Source: Fistulifera solaris
Taxonomy: Eukaryota
Reading direction: 5' to 3'
Assembly: GCA_030295235.1 (NCBI GenBank)
Contig: AP026164.1
Location: 930,001 to 994,000 of the forward strand
Length of the DNA: 64,000 bases
Part shown: piece by piece, positions 1 to 13,032 of the stretch
Numbering within the stretch: position 1 is the stretch's first letter
Layout: the number at the start of each line of letters is the position of its first letter
The notes under the pieces: generated by a model
Database searches by the model: none
What the model saw: the letters and a program-made list of their open reading frames with translations, nothing else
Told to the model about the DNA's origin: nothing
Translations under genes and position numbers: made by a program

Positions 1-611
1 CTTTCAACTTCATTTGGTTCCATTGACCACCCTTTTGTAAACAATTATCAATATTCCTCACAAAAACATTGAATCCACGATGAAGATTGCAGCTTAGAAC
101 GAAAATTCGCATGGAAATTCGGTTCACTAAGAGTTTTTCCCCCACAAAGTATTATACTAGGATAGGTTTGTTCGATCCCTACCGTATTTTACACTAAGAT
201 GAGTTTGTTCGATGCTCGATGACTTCTGGCACCACGAGGCCCAAAGGAGATAGCAATATTTCTGCGTGTGAACACGAGTCATCACGAATCTGGACAACCT
301 TACGCGGCAACTGTTTTGATGATACAGAGTAAAGCACAGAACGAATACTTCATGCGAAGCGGTGCTGTCGACAAAACAATGTCACCGGAGAAGACCGACA
401 AGTTTCTATTCACTGCTCTGCAATCTCATTTGGTATTCACCGTATTTATTGACTCGTTCGGATGAAGCACGACTTGCGAAATGCTCAATCTACATCTTGA
501 TCGTATCTCAGGGCAGCTTTCGACTAAAGAGACACCAGTTCTTATGTCTTCCGGTCCTGCCCCCGTGCGCTGCTCGCAAACATTCTTTGTTGCCAACACC
601 TGGACGATTCT

Positions 612-845
612 AGCACATTAAACCCAAAATTAGACAGCCCAACTATCGGAAGTTCTAAAGAGATTGGCATCTTTCTTATAGCAGATATAAACTATTCACT
701 GATCCACATCTCGACCAATAGCCATCATAATTCTAAGAGCTTAGTCCGACTATCAGATGTTCTAAACAATTGCTATCTTCCTTACAACAGACATAAATTC
801 TACGACTGATCCAGTTCTCCTAACTCATAAGTAGCATTCCAAACG
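612..845. repeat. Degenerate tandem duplication, about 107 bp period, about 2 copies
   Basis: ctatcggaagttctaaagagattggcatctttcttatagcagatataaactattcactgatcca (from 643) aligns by eye with ctatcagatgttctaaacaattgctatcttccttacaacagacataaattctacgactgatcca (from 750). Confidence 0.6.
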
Positions 846-891
846 GCGAGCCGCTTAATAATTCTTCATAAAGTCTTCTGGCAAGACTTGC

Positions 892-2435
892 TTACCAAGT
901 AGCACTCAGTTGCATCAATGGCGAACCCTCGCGTACGGGCTGAATGCGACCATGCTTTTCGGTGACTTGGATGAGTTCATCCACGAACTTATCGATTTTG
1001 CTACGAGTTACGTTGGGCATCACTACCACGTGGCAAATATCTTCTTCACAGGCCAACTGCCATCGCTGGATGAAATCGTTGGACAAAGGTCGCTCCAAAC
1101 AAACAGTGCTACTGAGATCGTTCAGACGGCACGACAGACCCTTCTCTGTCAATTTGTCTCGCAAGTAACGGGCCGTTTGAATGCAGTGCAAAACATCGCG
1201 TTTGATTCCTTCCACGCCCTTCTTGCGCAGACTGTACCACATGTACAAGGCCGCGTGGCCATTTCGGCTACCCATGATGGTAGTATCTACAGAGTTGAGG
1301 TAGTCAATGTGCTGCTCGACGTTTTGAACGTGCTCCTTGCGGCAGAGGGCGATACCGCACGGCATCGGACTACCGAGCATTTTGTGACCGGAGACAGCGA
1401 TACTGTCAATGGGTTTGCGGAAACTGACTTCAGGTGCAAAGTCGATAAAGGGCATCATGAGAGCAAAAGAGCTCCATCGCAATGGATGTAGTATCGCTCA
1501 CGAGGTATTTGCAGTTGCTGCAGCATACGGAGGATGCGATCCAAATTATCTACGGCACCCTTGACAGTCGTTCCAATATTGACATTGATGATCACGGGCT
1601 TGTCCTTGTTTTCAGCAATGGCTTCGGCCAGAATGTCGTAGTTGATTTCGCCCATGGGTAGAGTGGGGATGGACTGGCATTCCATGCGGTAGTATCGGGC
1701 GGCTTTGAAAACGGAGTAGTGTGTTTCTTGACTTGTGTACAAAATGCCGTCAGGGAAACGTTCCCTGGCAAGTAGAATACCGTGGAGGTTGCCTTCGGTA
1801 CCGCTTGTTGTGACGTATCCCCAATAAGCACCAGGCTGCATCTTCCAAAGGCGAGCAAAGAAATCGATGACAGCCACTTCGAACTGGCGACTGTGCACGC
1901 CGTAGTTACTGGGTACAAAAGGATCTCCCAAGTTGTTGATGCTGTATTGCAAGAACTGCATGACTTCACGAAAGTCAAACATCAAGTTATACGGGTATCC
2001 GAAATGAACCGATGACTTTCCCTGCAAGAAAGAATTGTAGGCAGCGAGGATGTCGGATTCGTCGGGTAATCCTTCACGATCGTTCTCGTCCATTGGGATA
2101 GCGACTGCCTTGGCGGAAAGCATGGCTTCTTCTACCTCACTGGATAGTCCATCTTTAATATCGTTGGCTCCCCACGCATCAAAGACGGCCCAGGGCGAAG
2201 GAGTGCCCGACTTGCTAGGGTTAAAAGTAGACCAGTCGGTAGGAGTATCAATCTTGGGCAAAGCTTCGTCAACCGTTTTTGCCGCTGTATCCAATTCCTC
2301 CAAATCTACTTCAGCTTGCGCCGCAAGTGAGGATTTAAAGCGATCAGTAATAGCCGCGCTTCTTAACGCAGCGAACGAATAACGCTGGCACGAATGACGA
2401 CCAACGCGCGACGCTGCTCGAGCAATAAATGACAT
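892..2435 (-). CDS. SDC: Serine decarboxylase (PLP-dependent group II, histidine decarboxylase-like); one frameshift near 1470
   Basis: ORFs 1455-2435 and 892-1482 join at HCDGALFALM if one T is restored in a T-run. Motifs [25 protein letters not shown] lysine SGHK, GSRNGHA and WQLACE resemble plant SDC1. Arg/Ser/Ala-rich N-terminus. Confidence 0.85.
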
Positions 2436-3170
2436 GGTTTCTTTGAATCAAGGGGGTGAAATAAATGAGACTGCAAGATAATCACAGTCGTCTTAAATAA
2501 AAGGCAATGACGAAAGGAAGAACCTTTCTATGCGAATAGATAAAGGGATCAAGGTCACTTTTGGAAGAAAGGGGTGAGCAAAGAACGCGAAGCGCAAAAC
2601 TACAGCCGCCGCACCGCAACCGCAACGTGTGGTGTATGGTGTAGTTTGACTCATCGGATGGCGTGACGCTTGCGTGACGCGCAACCAAGAGCGAAGGCAC
2701 AGCGACAAGCGGTGGTGGCGCAGCTTTTGCTGTTCGGATATCACTCTAATCTATAGTGTAGTCTTGTTTCATTCTATTTAACAGAAGTGTATCCGTTGTT
2801 CTCTGGCATTGGAAATTGGAAAATGAATGACTTATCTAATGTTGCATAGTATTATTTTCAACGTATATTTATGAAAAGCTACTAAACAATAAAAAAGATT
2901 AATTAATCGGTATCTTTTCCGTTGTAAATACATCTGTCATTCTTTCAGACCCGAAACTCGAAAACTCGTGGAGGGAATTTTGAGAAGAGGAATTTTCGAT
3001 AATCCGAAAAATCAAGCATCCATCAACCCGTTCCATTAGACATTATTATTTAGAGCCACTATGTGTTGTGATTGGATCTTCGAACCCTTCACTCATGACA
3101 TCGGTTGTTAGTTACCGAGTGCATCAAGAATATTATACTCAAGGAGCAAAGATAGTACCGCTGCTACAAA

Positions 3171-6100
3171 ATGCCTCCTCGAAAGCGCCAACAACGAGAC
3201 AAGAGGGGAAACGCCAAGGAAAAGATAGCCCGCCGCAATGAGGCACATCCGGAAGACGATCCCATCCGTTCGACGTGGTGTTCGATAGGTCAATCCGAGG
3301 AACCTACGCGTCGCCAGTGGTGCTGGAAATTTGCGGAATTGGTATCGAAGGAGCACATCGAAGGGATTAAATGGGAAGGGTTCGGATGGATGGAAGGAGA
3401 TGAGCATTCGGCGGAAGTGTGGAAATTCATCTGTCGAGATGTGTTTGATACTCGTTTCGCTTTGAACGATACTGATCACGGAAGACTGGCTCTTTCGAGT
3501 CATTTTCTGACTATTCTCTTTGGGATCTCTCAACAAGCATCACCAATAAGCTTGATACTTCGCTCCGTCATAGAAGGATATACCGTGTCTTGTGGGCTCC
3601 TATCATGGTTACCCGATCGTTCTCGGGAGTTATACGAACGACGAAATAACGTCCAACTCACGCCCCGTGACGAGCATCCACCGTTCATTGCCGTGATTGT
3701 GCAAAAGATACTGGAAATAATGGAAGGGGAACAGTTTCAGGATTCTTTTACGAATCATGACGACAATACCGCGGAGTGGAAATTCATCCACCGAGGCTTG
3801 GAATCTCTGTTGGACTTGTTGCTCCATCATGAAATGCGGGAGACACTTATACCTTACTTGATAAGTGTACACTTTGTCATTCGAGGGCGACTCGCTTTGG
3901 GTAGTCCCACGTTCAGTCGCGCTCCTGCTGATACTTTGCTTCTGGCTCAGCAGCTTTTTGAACGAATCCATTCGAGCATGTTTCACAGTTCCGATTACGT
4001 AAATACCCGCACTCTGTATCATCAACGAGCTGGGATTGTGCAAAAGATGTGTCAGCGTTACTTCGAAGATGAACTCCCCGACGTAATTTTTTTCGGGGGC
4101 GGGAATTTTGTGTCAGGAAGGATTGATACGCACCTATTTGAACGGCTTCTCGGACGAAAATCTTTTGGAATTGCTACATAAGCTGCGATTGGTTGACAAA
4201 GCAAGTTCTGATGTAGGATTGCAATACAAGCGCGAATTTTTACTGCAAATCCTGGAGGAACATCTGGTAATCCCCAAAGATTCTTTGGAAGAATTACAAC
4301 AATATCCCATCTATCCGAACGAAACGGTGCTTTGGGATTTTACTCGTATTCCGCCGAGTCACCCCAGCTTACTTCCGCCCTCCCACGTGCTTTCACTGCC
4401 AAAGTTGCATCTTTCTTATCTCTCGTTTGCAGACTATTTGCGGCGCAACTTTGATTTGATGCGCCTGTCGACCGCTTACGATATACGGTCAGACTTGGTA
4501 GACGTCATACGTCGTCTGCGCCCAGTTGTACGCCAGTCTCTGGAGCTAGACGCTAAATCGAACGAAGTTCATGTATTACGAACAGAATTTAGTGGCTGGG
4601 CTCGCATGGCTTTGGAGATTCATTCGCCACTTGCCCTCAAAAAAGTATCCAAACCAGCTTACGGTATTGGTGCAGCCCAGGTGGTTGCCGAGTTTGCGGT
4701 CGACTTGTCACCTTGTGGTGTTTCTATTCGGCGTGAATGGGACTCGCTGGGCGAATTCGATAACGTTTTCTTGGTGCAAATTGATGCAAGCCGAATGAGT
4801 GGACGCCCGGCTCCTAGTGTGAACGATAGGTTAGTGCCCGACGAAGACGATCGGACTTTCCCGGAACGATACGGAGTGATTCGCGTCCGTGGTGCAATGA
4901 TTATGCATGTTCGGGATGAAAACGGGACGCTGCTGTCTGATGCGTTGTCGGAAAAGCAGCAGGAGCTCGGGCTCAAACGGATTTTTACTGTGTCGCTCGA
5001 TCCGACTCAGTATTTCCTCGATGAGAAATCTTTCACAGGTACTGATCTTTACCAATCACTCAATGTTGTCGTCAGAAGGCATGGAAGAGAAAATAATTTC
5101 AAAGCGGTCCTGGAAACAATCCGTGGATTGATGTCAGGCACTGGCTCCATCAATAGAGTACTCCCTTCCTATCTTCAGAATGTGATGCTTGGAAGAGACA
5201 CTTTTTCTTTCACCGCCCAGACTGGTGTTTCAAAAGTATCCTTTTTGATTTTGGAGACACATTCATCGACGAGAAGCACCTGAGGGATTCGTTTCCTGGA
5301 GCAAAAATCAAGATAAATTTGTGCGACGACTTGGATGAAAGTCGGAGAAGAAATTATCGCCTGCGGTTCGATGAGACTATAAAGGGACTCTCAATCGAGG
5401 CTCTTGTCTATTTGGGAGGTTCCATCTGTAGTGGCAATTCCGTACGCTTTACCCCAAGTCAAGTGTCCGCAATACGGCGGGGCTTGTCAACTGGGCTTTC
5501 ATTGACTGTCGGTCCACCTGGAACAGGAAAAACAGATGTTGCTGTTCAAATTATTGCTAGCCTGTATCATTCTTTCCCAAATCAAAGAATAGTTGTAATC
5601 ACGCACTCAAATGCGGCTCTGAACGACATATTTGAAAAACTCGCGCTTCGCGGTGACGTCGAAGAACACGGCCTTCTTCGTCTTGGGGCGGGAGAGAAGG
5701 AGCTGCGCGTTGTGTCGAGCCACGATTTCACGAAAAGCGGCCGTGTGGCGTACTGCCTTGCACAAAGAAGCTTACTTCTAGAGGAAGTCCAAAAATTATC
5801 AGAGACATTAGGCGTCAGTGGCAAAGCAGAGAGAGGACCCGATGGCTCCCCGGGTTACACTTGCGAAACGGCCGAGTATTTTTGGAAGCTTTCCGTGAAG
5901 CGACTTATTCGACGCTTTGAATTGTGGGCGGAAGATAATATCGCAGAAGATAGTGACAGCATTGATATCGATCGCTTTCCGTTCAAGGCGTTCTTTAATC
6001 TAGAAAGCAAAATTTCGCTGGATGAAGCAAGAAAGCTCATCGACAAAGTCAAAGGGTTATTTGAGAGCACGTCCTTGTATCGCCCATTTGAGCTCCTCAC

Positions 6101-7205
6101 ATCACAAAGACAACGAGCTGACTACATGTTAATAAAACAGGCACGTGTTGTCGCTATGACATGCACCCATGCTGCTATTGCAAGGTCGCATTTGATAGAA
6201 TTGGGCTTCGAGTATGACAGCTTAGTCATTGAAGAAGCAGGACAGATGGTAGAAATCGAATCGTTCATTCCCCTCCTGTTACAGCGAGGCGACCCCGACG
6301 GCTCTGACTCGACGTCTTCGCGGTTGAAACGAGTGTGCTTGCTGGGAGATCACAACCAGCTTCCTCCTGTAATAAAAAACATGTCGTTTGCTAATTTCAG
6401 CAACCTTGATCAAAGCATGTTCGCTCGACTGATACGACTCGGAGTGCCCTACACTCAACTTGATAGGCAAGGGCGTGCACGTCCAGAAATCGCTCAGCTG
6501 TATAGTTGGCGTTATAATAACCTTGAAAACCTTGATCATGTCACCACTCAAGAACACTTCCAGGTCGCAAATGCTGGTTTTGCCCATACTCTTCAGTTGA
6601 TTAATGTTGATGAATTTCAAGGAAAAGGAGAGACGTCGCCGACCGCCTACTTCTATCAGAATGTCGGCGAAGCTGAATACGCGGTTGCCTTATTTCAGTA
6701 TATGGTGCTGATAGGCCATAGCACTAGCAAGATATCTATTCTTACGACTTACAACGGCCAAAAGCAGCTAATAGAAGATATTGTGTCTCAACGTTGCGGA
6801 GACGGCACTCCACTGGAAGGAGTACGACCAGGAGCAATATCAACGGTGGATCAATATCAGGGACAGCAGAACGATATTATCTTACTGTCGCTGGTGAGAA
6901 CGGAATCCGTCGGTCATTTGCGAGATGTGAGACGTCTTGTGGTGGCTTTATCACGAGCAAGGTTGGGCCTTTACGTCTTTTGTCGGCAGAACTTGTTTTC
7001 GTCAGTTCCCGAACTCAGGCAAGCGTTTGATCAATTCGAGACGAAACCCAATAAGCTCACTTTAGTGTTGAACGAAACTTATCCAACTGACCGTAAAGTT
7101 AATGATGCCCCAGAGTCAAGCAATCTTCTTGAAGTCGATGACGTTTCACACCTTGGTGCGATTGTTCACAAAATGCAGGAGGATTTAATAGCACAGCTAG
7201 AATAA
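3171..7205 (+). CDS. AQR: Intron-binding spliceosomal SF1 helicase Aquarius; frameshifts near 4090 and 5245
   Basis: LPKLHLSYLSFADYLRRNFDL, FSGWARMAL, ENNFKAVLETIR, Walker A GPPGTGKTDVAVQI, AMTCTHAA, GDHNQLPPV, YQNVGEAEY, TVDQYQGQQND across three consecutive ORFs. Confidence 0.93.
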
Positions 7206-7284
7206 GAAGAATTGCAAATGCACTTAATCCCATATTTACTCAAGTAAATGATAAGATAACCTTGCATTAGTTGCGAAAATATGG

Positions 7285-8127
7285 TTATTTACTTGGAAGA
7301 GTACCACCGCGAGCCAAGATAGCTTGCTCCCGAAGAGACAGATGCTTCGTTGCCTTACTGGCATCAAACCCATCCCTCCATTTCGATTTCACACTTTCTT
7401 TATCTGCTTCCTTCTCTGCTGCTGTCTTCAGACGCTCCTTCCACATTTCACTCTTGTAAGGACGTCCACCACCCTTCGCTTCATCCAAGTCGCCAATCAT
7501 TTCAAATTTACGAATACTCGCATCATTGTAGGGCGATCCAGGCTGAGTGTAGTAAGCGTCTGGTGCACCAGGCGGGAGACCGACGACATGGTTACCGATC
7601 CCATAACCGCGAGAACGAATTAAGGACTGGTTGTGCATGTGGTGGAAGTTGAAGTAAGGTTCTTGGTGTCCCACATTGCTCTTAAAAGGCGCGTGACTGA
7701 TTTCCGAGGATTTGAGATGACTCATCTTCTCTTCGATATATTCATTCTCCATACTCGGAGTAGCATCGTTCATGCAGGTCAACCAGCCGTGCCATTCAGG
7801 GGGGAACTTGTGCGGAATCGAAGTTGTGAATGTCCGCCGGTTCTACCCAGCGGTGTTGCCCATAGGTATAATCGACGCGGTTTTCGTAGTATCTATTTCC
7901 AGCAGCGTCAGCTCCCATGAATGTGCCAACCTTGAAAGGATAATCTCCATTCTAAAAAATCGACAGTCTGAGTTACGGCCTAATAGAAAAGAAACTCTGG
8001 CGCCCCCCTTTCGAAGGGCACTCAGACCTTGAACCAAACTTACCGTGTACATATGCTCAAGGAGGCCTTTCCAACCACCTCGATAGCGAAGAGCGACCTT
8101 GAAATTATTGATGATTCCCAAAACCAT
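7285..8127 (-). CDS. NDUFA12: Complex I subunit NDUFA12 (B17.2) family; intron 7952-8043
   Basis: Splicing GTAAGT...TTTTAG gives MYT|NGDYPFKVGTFMGADAAGNRYYEN...GQHRWVE...VPPEWHGWL, the NDUFA12 signature. Confidence 0.9.
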
Positions 8128-8782
8128 GGTGAATAATCTCTTTATTGTTAGACGTTGTCAAACAAACTAATTTCTGATGCCAGGTCCTTTGCTCTACTGC
8201 GCTGCAACAACACCATCGCAAACAGCAAGCAAGCGAGGAGCCACAACGCGCGCGGAATACGTCAACATCACGTCATACTGGTACATCCAATAATCAACGC
8301 ACCGGTACTAGCGTATATATACTATAAAGTGTAGGCGAAACTTTACCACGACTGCTCTCAGTCATGAGTCTAAAGGGAGCGTTAGAACTCACGAAAGCTA
8401 TTTTTTGGAAACTTGTCGTTTTATTTTCTCTACTTACATTTGTGCAAGTGAATGGAACTTTGGGTCGCTCATCTTACCCTAACAGTCTGGGATGCATCTG
8501 CGGTACATTTTAAAACCTTTCCAGCGGGGATTGTCTTCATCGTCAACCCTTTACATTTACAAGTAATGTAATAGTGAGTCAACATGGACTTTTGACATAT
8601 CAAGTAATCGTAGCAGCGAATATAGTATTCTTAAGCTGGATTTAAGGTGTGTATTAATAGGTGTTGATTCGCTCATCGAAAGTCGACCACTAAAAAATAT
8701 GAGTGCATGCCCTATATAAGCATCGGTGATGTTACGATTCGGAGGTAACCAAAATTTGCTTCTAAATCACTGTCTACGACGG

Positions 8783-10334
8783 CTACTTCGCTTTCCCAGC
8801 GCCGCCGACGCGAAATGTCACTACTTGTAGTGCCCCTTCCTTCAAATTGAACTTGTGACACTTTCCATCTTTCATTACCAACTCTATGTTCGACCTTTTC
8901 AACGCGTATATATCCTCAAGAGGATTTCCGTTGACAACCAAAATATCGGCGTATGCTATATGTTTCAAGAATGAGTACGCCTTTTATCCAAAGACCGAAT
9001 TACAATCTCGCAAAGACATACCTCCTTCTTCAATAACCCCCAGAGTACCTTCGGTATACGGGTTCAATGTTCCCGTCCAACTCAAAACTGTAGCTGCGCT
9101 ACTTGTCGCCGCTCTCAAAGCTTCGGCATGTGTAAAACCACCCATTGAAACCATGTGAATTATGTTATCAGCTTGTCTAGAAGAATTGCCTCTTCCAAAC
9201 AGTTCACCGCCTGCGATGGTTAGCGGCTTGTACTTGTGAACAAGATCTAACATTTTCTTCGCGCCACTAAACACAAGAGCCGCCTTGGTTTTTTGGTTAT
9301 TGTCTAATTCCAAGAGCGCGTCTGGGTCTCCGAATGCTTCGAGCGCCAGTGTTGCCTGTACTGATAGCGCAATGTTCTCTTCAACCATCCTTCGCATCGT
9401 TTCCTCGCCCATTAAATATCCGTGTTCTATGCAACGCACGCCCGCATCGATTGCTCGATTGATTGCCTTATCATGATAGGCATGCTAAGAACGCAGAAAA
9501 GGAAGTTTTAAACCATGTCAGTAAAGATTGAAAAGACACGGTTCCTTGTCGCCCGTTCGCATCAACTCCACTCACCGCCATCACGTAAGTACCGTAATCA
9601 CTAGCCACTTCTACTGCAGTCTTCATCTCGTCCAATGTAAAGTGCGTTGCATAGAAGTTATTGTACGGTCCCAGTACGGATCCCGAGGCCATGATTTTCA
9701 GTTGTGTCGCTCCATTTCGAATGTTGTTACGGCACGCCTTTAGTACCTCCGCTCGTCCGTCACAAACGTGGGCAAAGCCATTCTTTTCTAAATAATCCAT
9801 GTCTCCCGGTTGATCAAAACAACAACCCGTGTCACCTGGGCCGCCTGTTTGGGTGATGAAAGCCCCGCTAGGGTAAATGCGTGGCCCCGGAATTCGTCCT
9901 TTCTGCACGGCTTTGGCTATCCCCAAGATATTTCCGCCAGCGTCTCGGCATGTGGTAAAGCCTTGTTGTAAGTAATCTAACAGATCATGAGCGCACATCG
10001 CTCCCATGGCCATCTGGTCATAGCTGTCTCGTCCTTCTTTCATCCCATCTTGGATACAAATATGCGAATGCATGTCAATGAGACCAGGCATCAATGTCTT
10101 GCCACCACAATCCACTTTAATGAGCTTTACGTCTTGCGGAACTGGTACAAGTTTTCCTACTTTTCGAATCAGATTCTTATGAATGAGAACCTCCTGAGGC
10201 TCACTGAGTAAATCCGATCTACCATCGTAGACGCGGGCATTTGTGAACAAGACGAATTGAGCCGATGGTTCTTCTTCAAACTGAATATGGGCTGGATCCT
10301 TCCATTTTGGATCTCGCGGAAGGTACTCGGGCAT
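8783..10334 (-). CDS. Metal-dependent amidohydrolase (Xaa-Pro dipeptidase-like); introns 9485-9575 and 8956-9021
   Basis: GKTLMPGLIDMHSH, GFTTCRDAGG, PGPRIYPSG, QLKIMASG, spliced MA|HAYH, CIEHG, GVIEEGA|YADILVVNGNPLEDI. Both introns are GT-AG and restore the frame. Confidence 0.88.
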
Positions 10335-10791
10335 TCTCCTGGTCTTGGCACGGATAGGCGATGCTGTTTGTTGATAATAGTATCATCAATGATTGCTACG
10401 GAGTACAAAGTACAGTATCAAGAAAAAAAATCATTGTGTGCCCTATTTTCCGCACCTCAACCGCAACCGCAACATTGTAGCCGACTGGCTTGCTCCAACA
10501 GACCTGCATTCACTAACAAGAATGAAACAACATCCGTTGGAGAAGCTGCTCTATAATTTATTGTGGGAAATGTAACTCGTTACTCGTAGCCCGTGACTCA
10601 AACATCCACCAGTTGTTTCCAACAAAAAAACGCCGAACACGAACCTCGTGGAAGATGATGATTCATTCCTGCAAAGGTAAAACATTGACTACAAAGCACT
10701 AGTCTGCACCTGCAGTCATACGAGGATTTCAGCCTAAATCGCTACCAGAGATCTTCCTCCGTTTTGTATATAAAGATTCAAAAATTCCACG

Positions 10792-11100
10792 ATGCACCCA
10801 CCACTCGACCGACCGCACCCGGACTGTCAGGAAGCCATCAAAGCTCTGCACGACTGTCATGCCGATAATTGGAAGAAATATACAGGAGGATGCAATGATA
10901 TCAAAGTTTCTTTGGACCAGTGTCTCAAGTACGAAAAGAAGCGACTGCTGGACGAAATGAACAAGGATCTTCCGGAGCAAAGGAACCAGCAAGAAGAAGT
11001 AATAAAGAAAGCCTTTGGTAAACAAATGACATTCCAGGAATACTTGAAACAAGACAAAGAATTTCAGGCCGAGCTTGAGAAGAAGAACACAGGAAGCTAG
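10792..11100 (+). CDS. CMC2: Twin CX9C cytochrome c oxidase assembly protein, CMC1/CMC2 family
   Basis: MHPPL start and the pattern CQEAIKALHDCH...GGCNDIKVSLDQCL (twin CX9C). Confidence 0.8.
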   Translation: MHPPLDRPHPDCQEAIKALHDCHADNWKKYTGGCNDIKVSLDQCLKYEKKRLLDEMNKDLPEQRNQQEEVIKKAFGKQMTFQEYLKQDKEFQAELEKKNTGS

Positions 11101-11218
11101 CTAATCCGTAGGCAACGCGACGATTGCAGTTCAAACTAACTGTTTTATCTGTAAGACTCTTTATAATTTACCACAAAGACGAAAGTGTCACAGGTATTCT
11201 TTCGTTTCTTGAAACATC

Positions 11219-12289
11219 TTACATACCCTTGATGTAAGTGATCTTACGAGCTTTGCGAGATGCCCATCCGACACGCTTGGAGTAACCAGCACCTAACGCC
11301 ATGAAAATTAGAGCACTCATGTGAAGAGCAGCGTTCTTCTTTCGTTCATCACTCTCCGGCTCGGCAGCCCAATTCAAAAACTGAGCTACATCACGGGCCT
11401 GTTGCGCGATGGAGGCAACGGTGCCGTCCTCGTACTCGACACCATCGTCCTGTAGTGGTGGAGGCATCGAGATAATTCCACCGGGAAAGTAAGGGTTGTA
11501 GTGACGTCCTTCCATAATAATCTTTCCAGCTGGAGGGTCCATGTAGCCGGTAAGAAGAGCCATCACATAATCATGTCCTTCGTGTCGGGCCTTGACCATC
11601 AGACTCAAATCCGGTGGATAAGCTCCTCCGTTGGCGGCTCGACCTTGCTGGATATTGGAGTACGGAGAAGGGAGCTTGTCGAAAAGCTTTGACGGACGTT
11701 CAAACATTTCTCCTTCCTGATTTGGTCCGTCTGTAATTTCTACCTCTTTTGCCATGTCCTTCACTTCCTCTTTCGTGTGCGTGACGCCCACTAATTCACG
11801 CCAACGAATGCGCTCGAGGGAGTGGCAAGTTGAGCACACCTCACGGTACACCTGAAGACCCCTACGAAGAGCACCGCAGTCAAAAGATGCAAAGAAACCT
11901 CGATGTCGCCATGGATAGGACGGTGGATGCGCCAAGTCTTCGTCCAAAAGCGTCATGGCAGGCACCGAGGCCATCAACGCAACACCAGCCGCGGCAGCGA
12001 CCGGGCGACTTGTTTTTGCCTGCAAGTGACAAGATGAGCCGTAAGCACAACTTAAAGTAAAGCATTAAACATGTTCGCAGACAAAGCGAAACATAACAAT
12101 TCAGTTTCACGTTCGTCAAAGAACGGAATCAGGAATCTCAAGCTTGCAGTTCAACATTGGCATTCAGGAGAAAGCTTTCGGCAGTTTTTATTGCGTGATT
12201 TGCTGTCAATACACGCGCCTTGTGCGACAAACAATCATCCCCATTCAAAATAGTAAAAAACTTACAAATGCAAGCATTTGAGACGCCAT
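11219..12289 (-). CDS. CYC1: Mitochondrial cytochrome c1; exon 1 12266-12289 (MASQMLAF), intron 12020-12265
   Basis: Heme motif CSTCH, RRGLQVYREVC, ANGGAYPPDLSL, YNPYFPGG..ISMPPPL, C-terminal TM. A GTAAGT...TTGCAG phase-0 intron joins exon 1 in frame. Confidence 0.95.
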
Positions 12290-13032
12290 GATGGTATTCA
12301 AAGCGTAGAAAGTGAACTGTTGATCTTCTTGCGCTTGTTCGCTTTTCGTCAATCGCCGTCTCTACGGTTGTGGAGACCACCGACTGAAAATCTACGTGTT
12401 TCGACGTACCAAGAAGGTACGTAGTACGATAAAATGTGTAGAACCACAAAGCGAAAGTGACGTAAGCAAAAGAGAACCGGCCGATAAATTTAGTACTCAA
12501 CAACCAATAAAGCAAGAACGACTATATGTGAATGTGTAGAAGTGACAATAGGTGACACGTGACGCAACTGAAATTCAGTCCCGAGAGATTTCCACCTATT
12601 GGTATTAATGATAAAATAGAATAATAAACCTTAATTGAAAAAAGCAATTCCTGATAGCTATGAATCGAGTGTAATGATACGATAAGCGCCTCCTTAGCCG
12701 TTGTTGCTGATGTCGATGTTGCCGTTTGGATTATCTATCTTAGGCATGCTGCAGCCAAGATTTATAATAACAACCCAGGACCGTAATGGCAAGCAAAATC
12801 AGCAAGTCAAGCAATAGAGCTCTCGTTACTTGTGTGGTGCCTCGGCATCGATATACATCCACACACACACCAGTACGTTACTTTTAACAGGACTTTGGCA
12901 TAAAACGGATGAGAATATGATACATAAAAGAAAGTGTTGAAGGCTGACTATATTTGCCTTCAATGCCTGTTTTGATTTAGTAGCTGACTTTAGATTACTG
13001 ATGACTACCGTTGATCGGAAACAGACCATATT

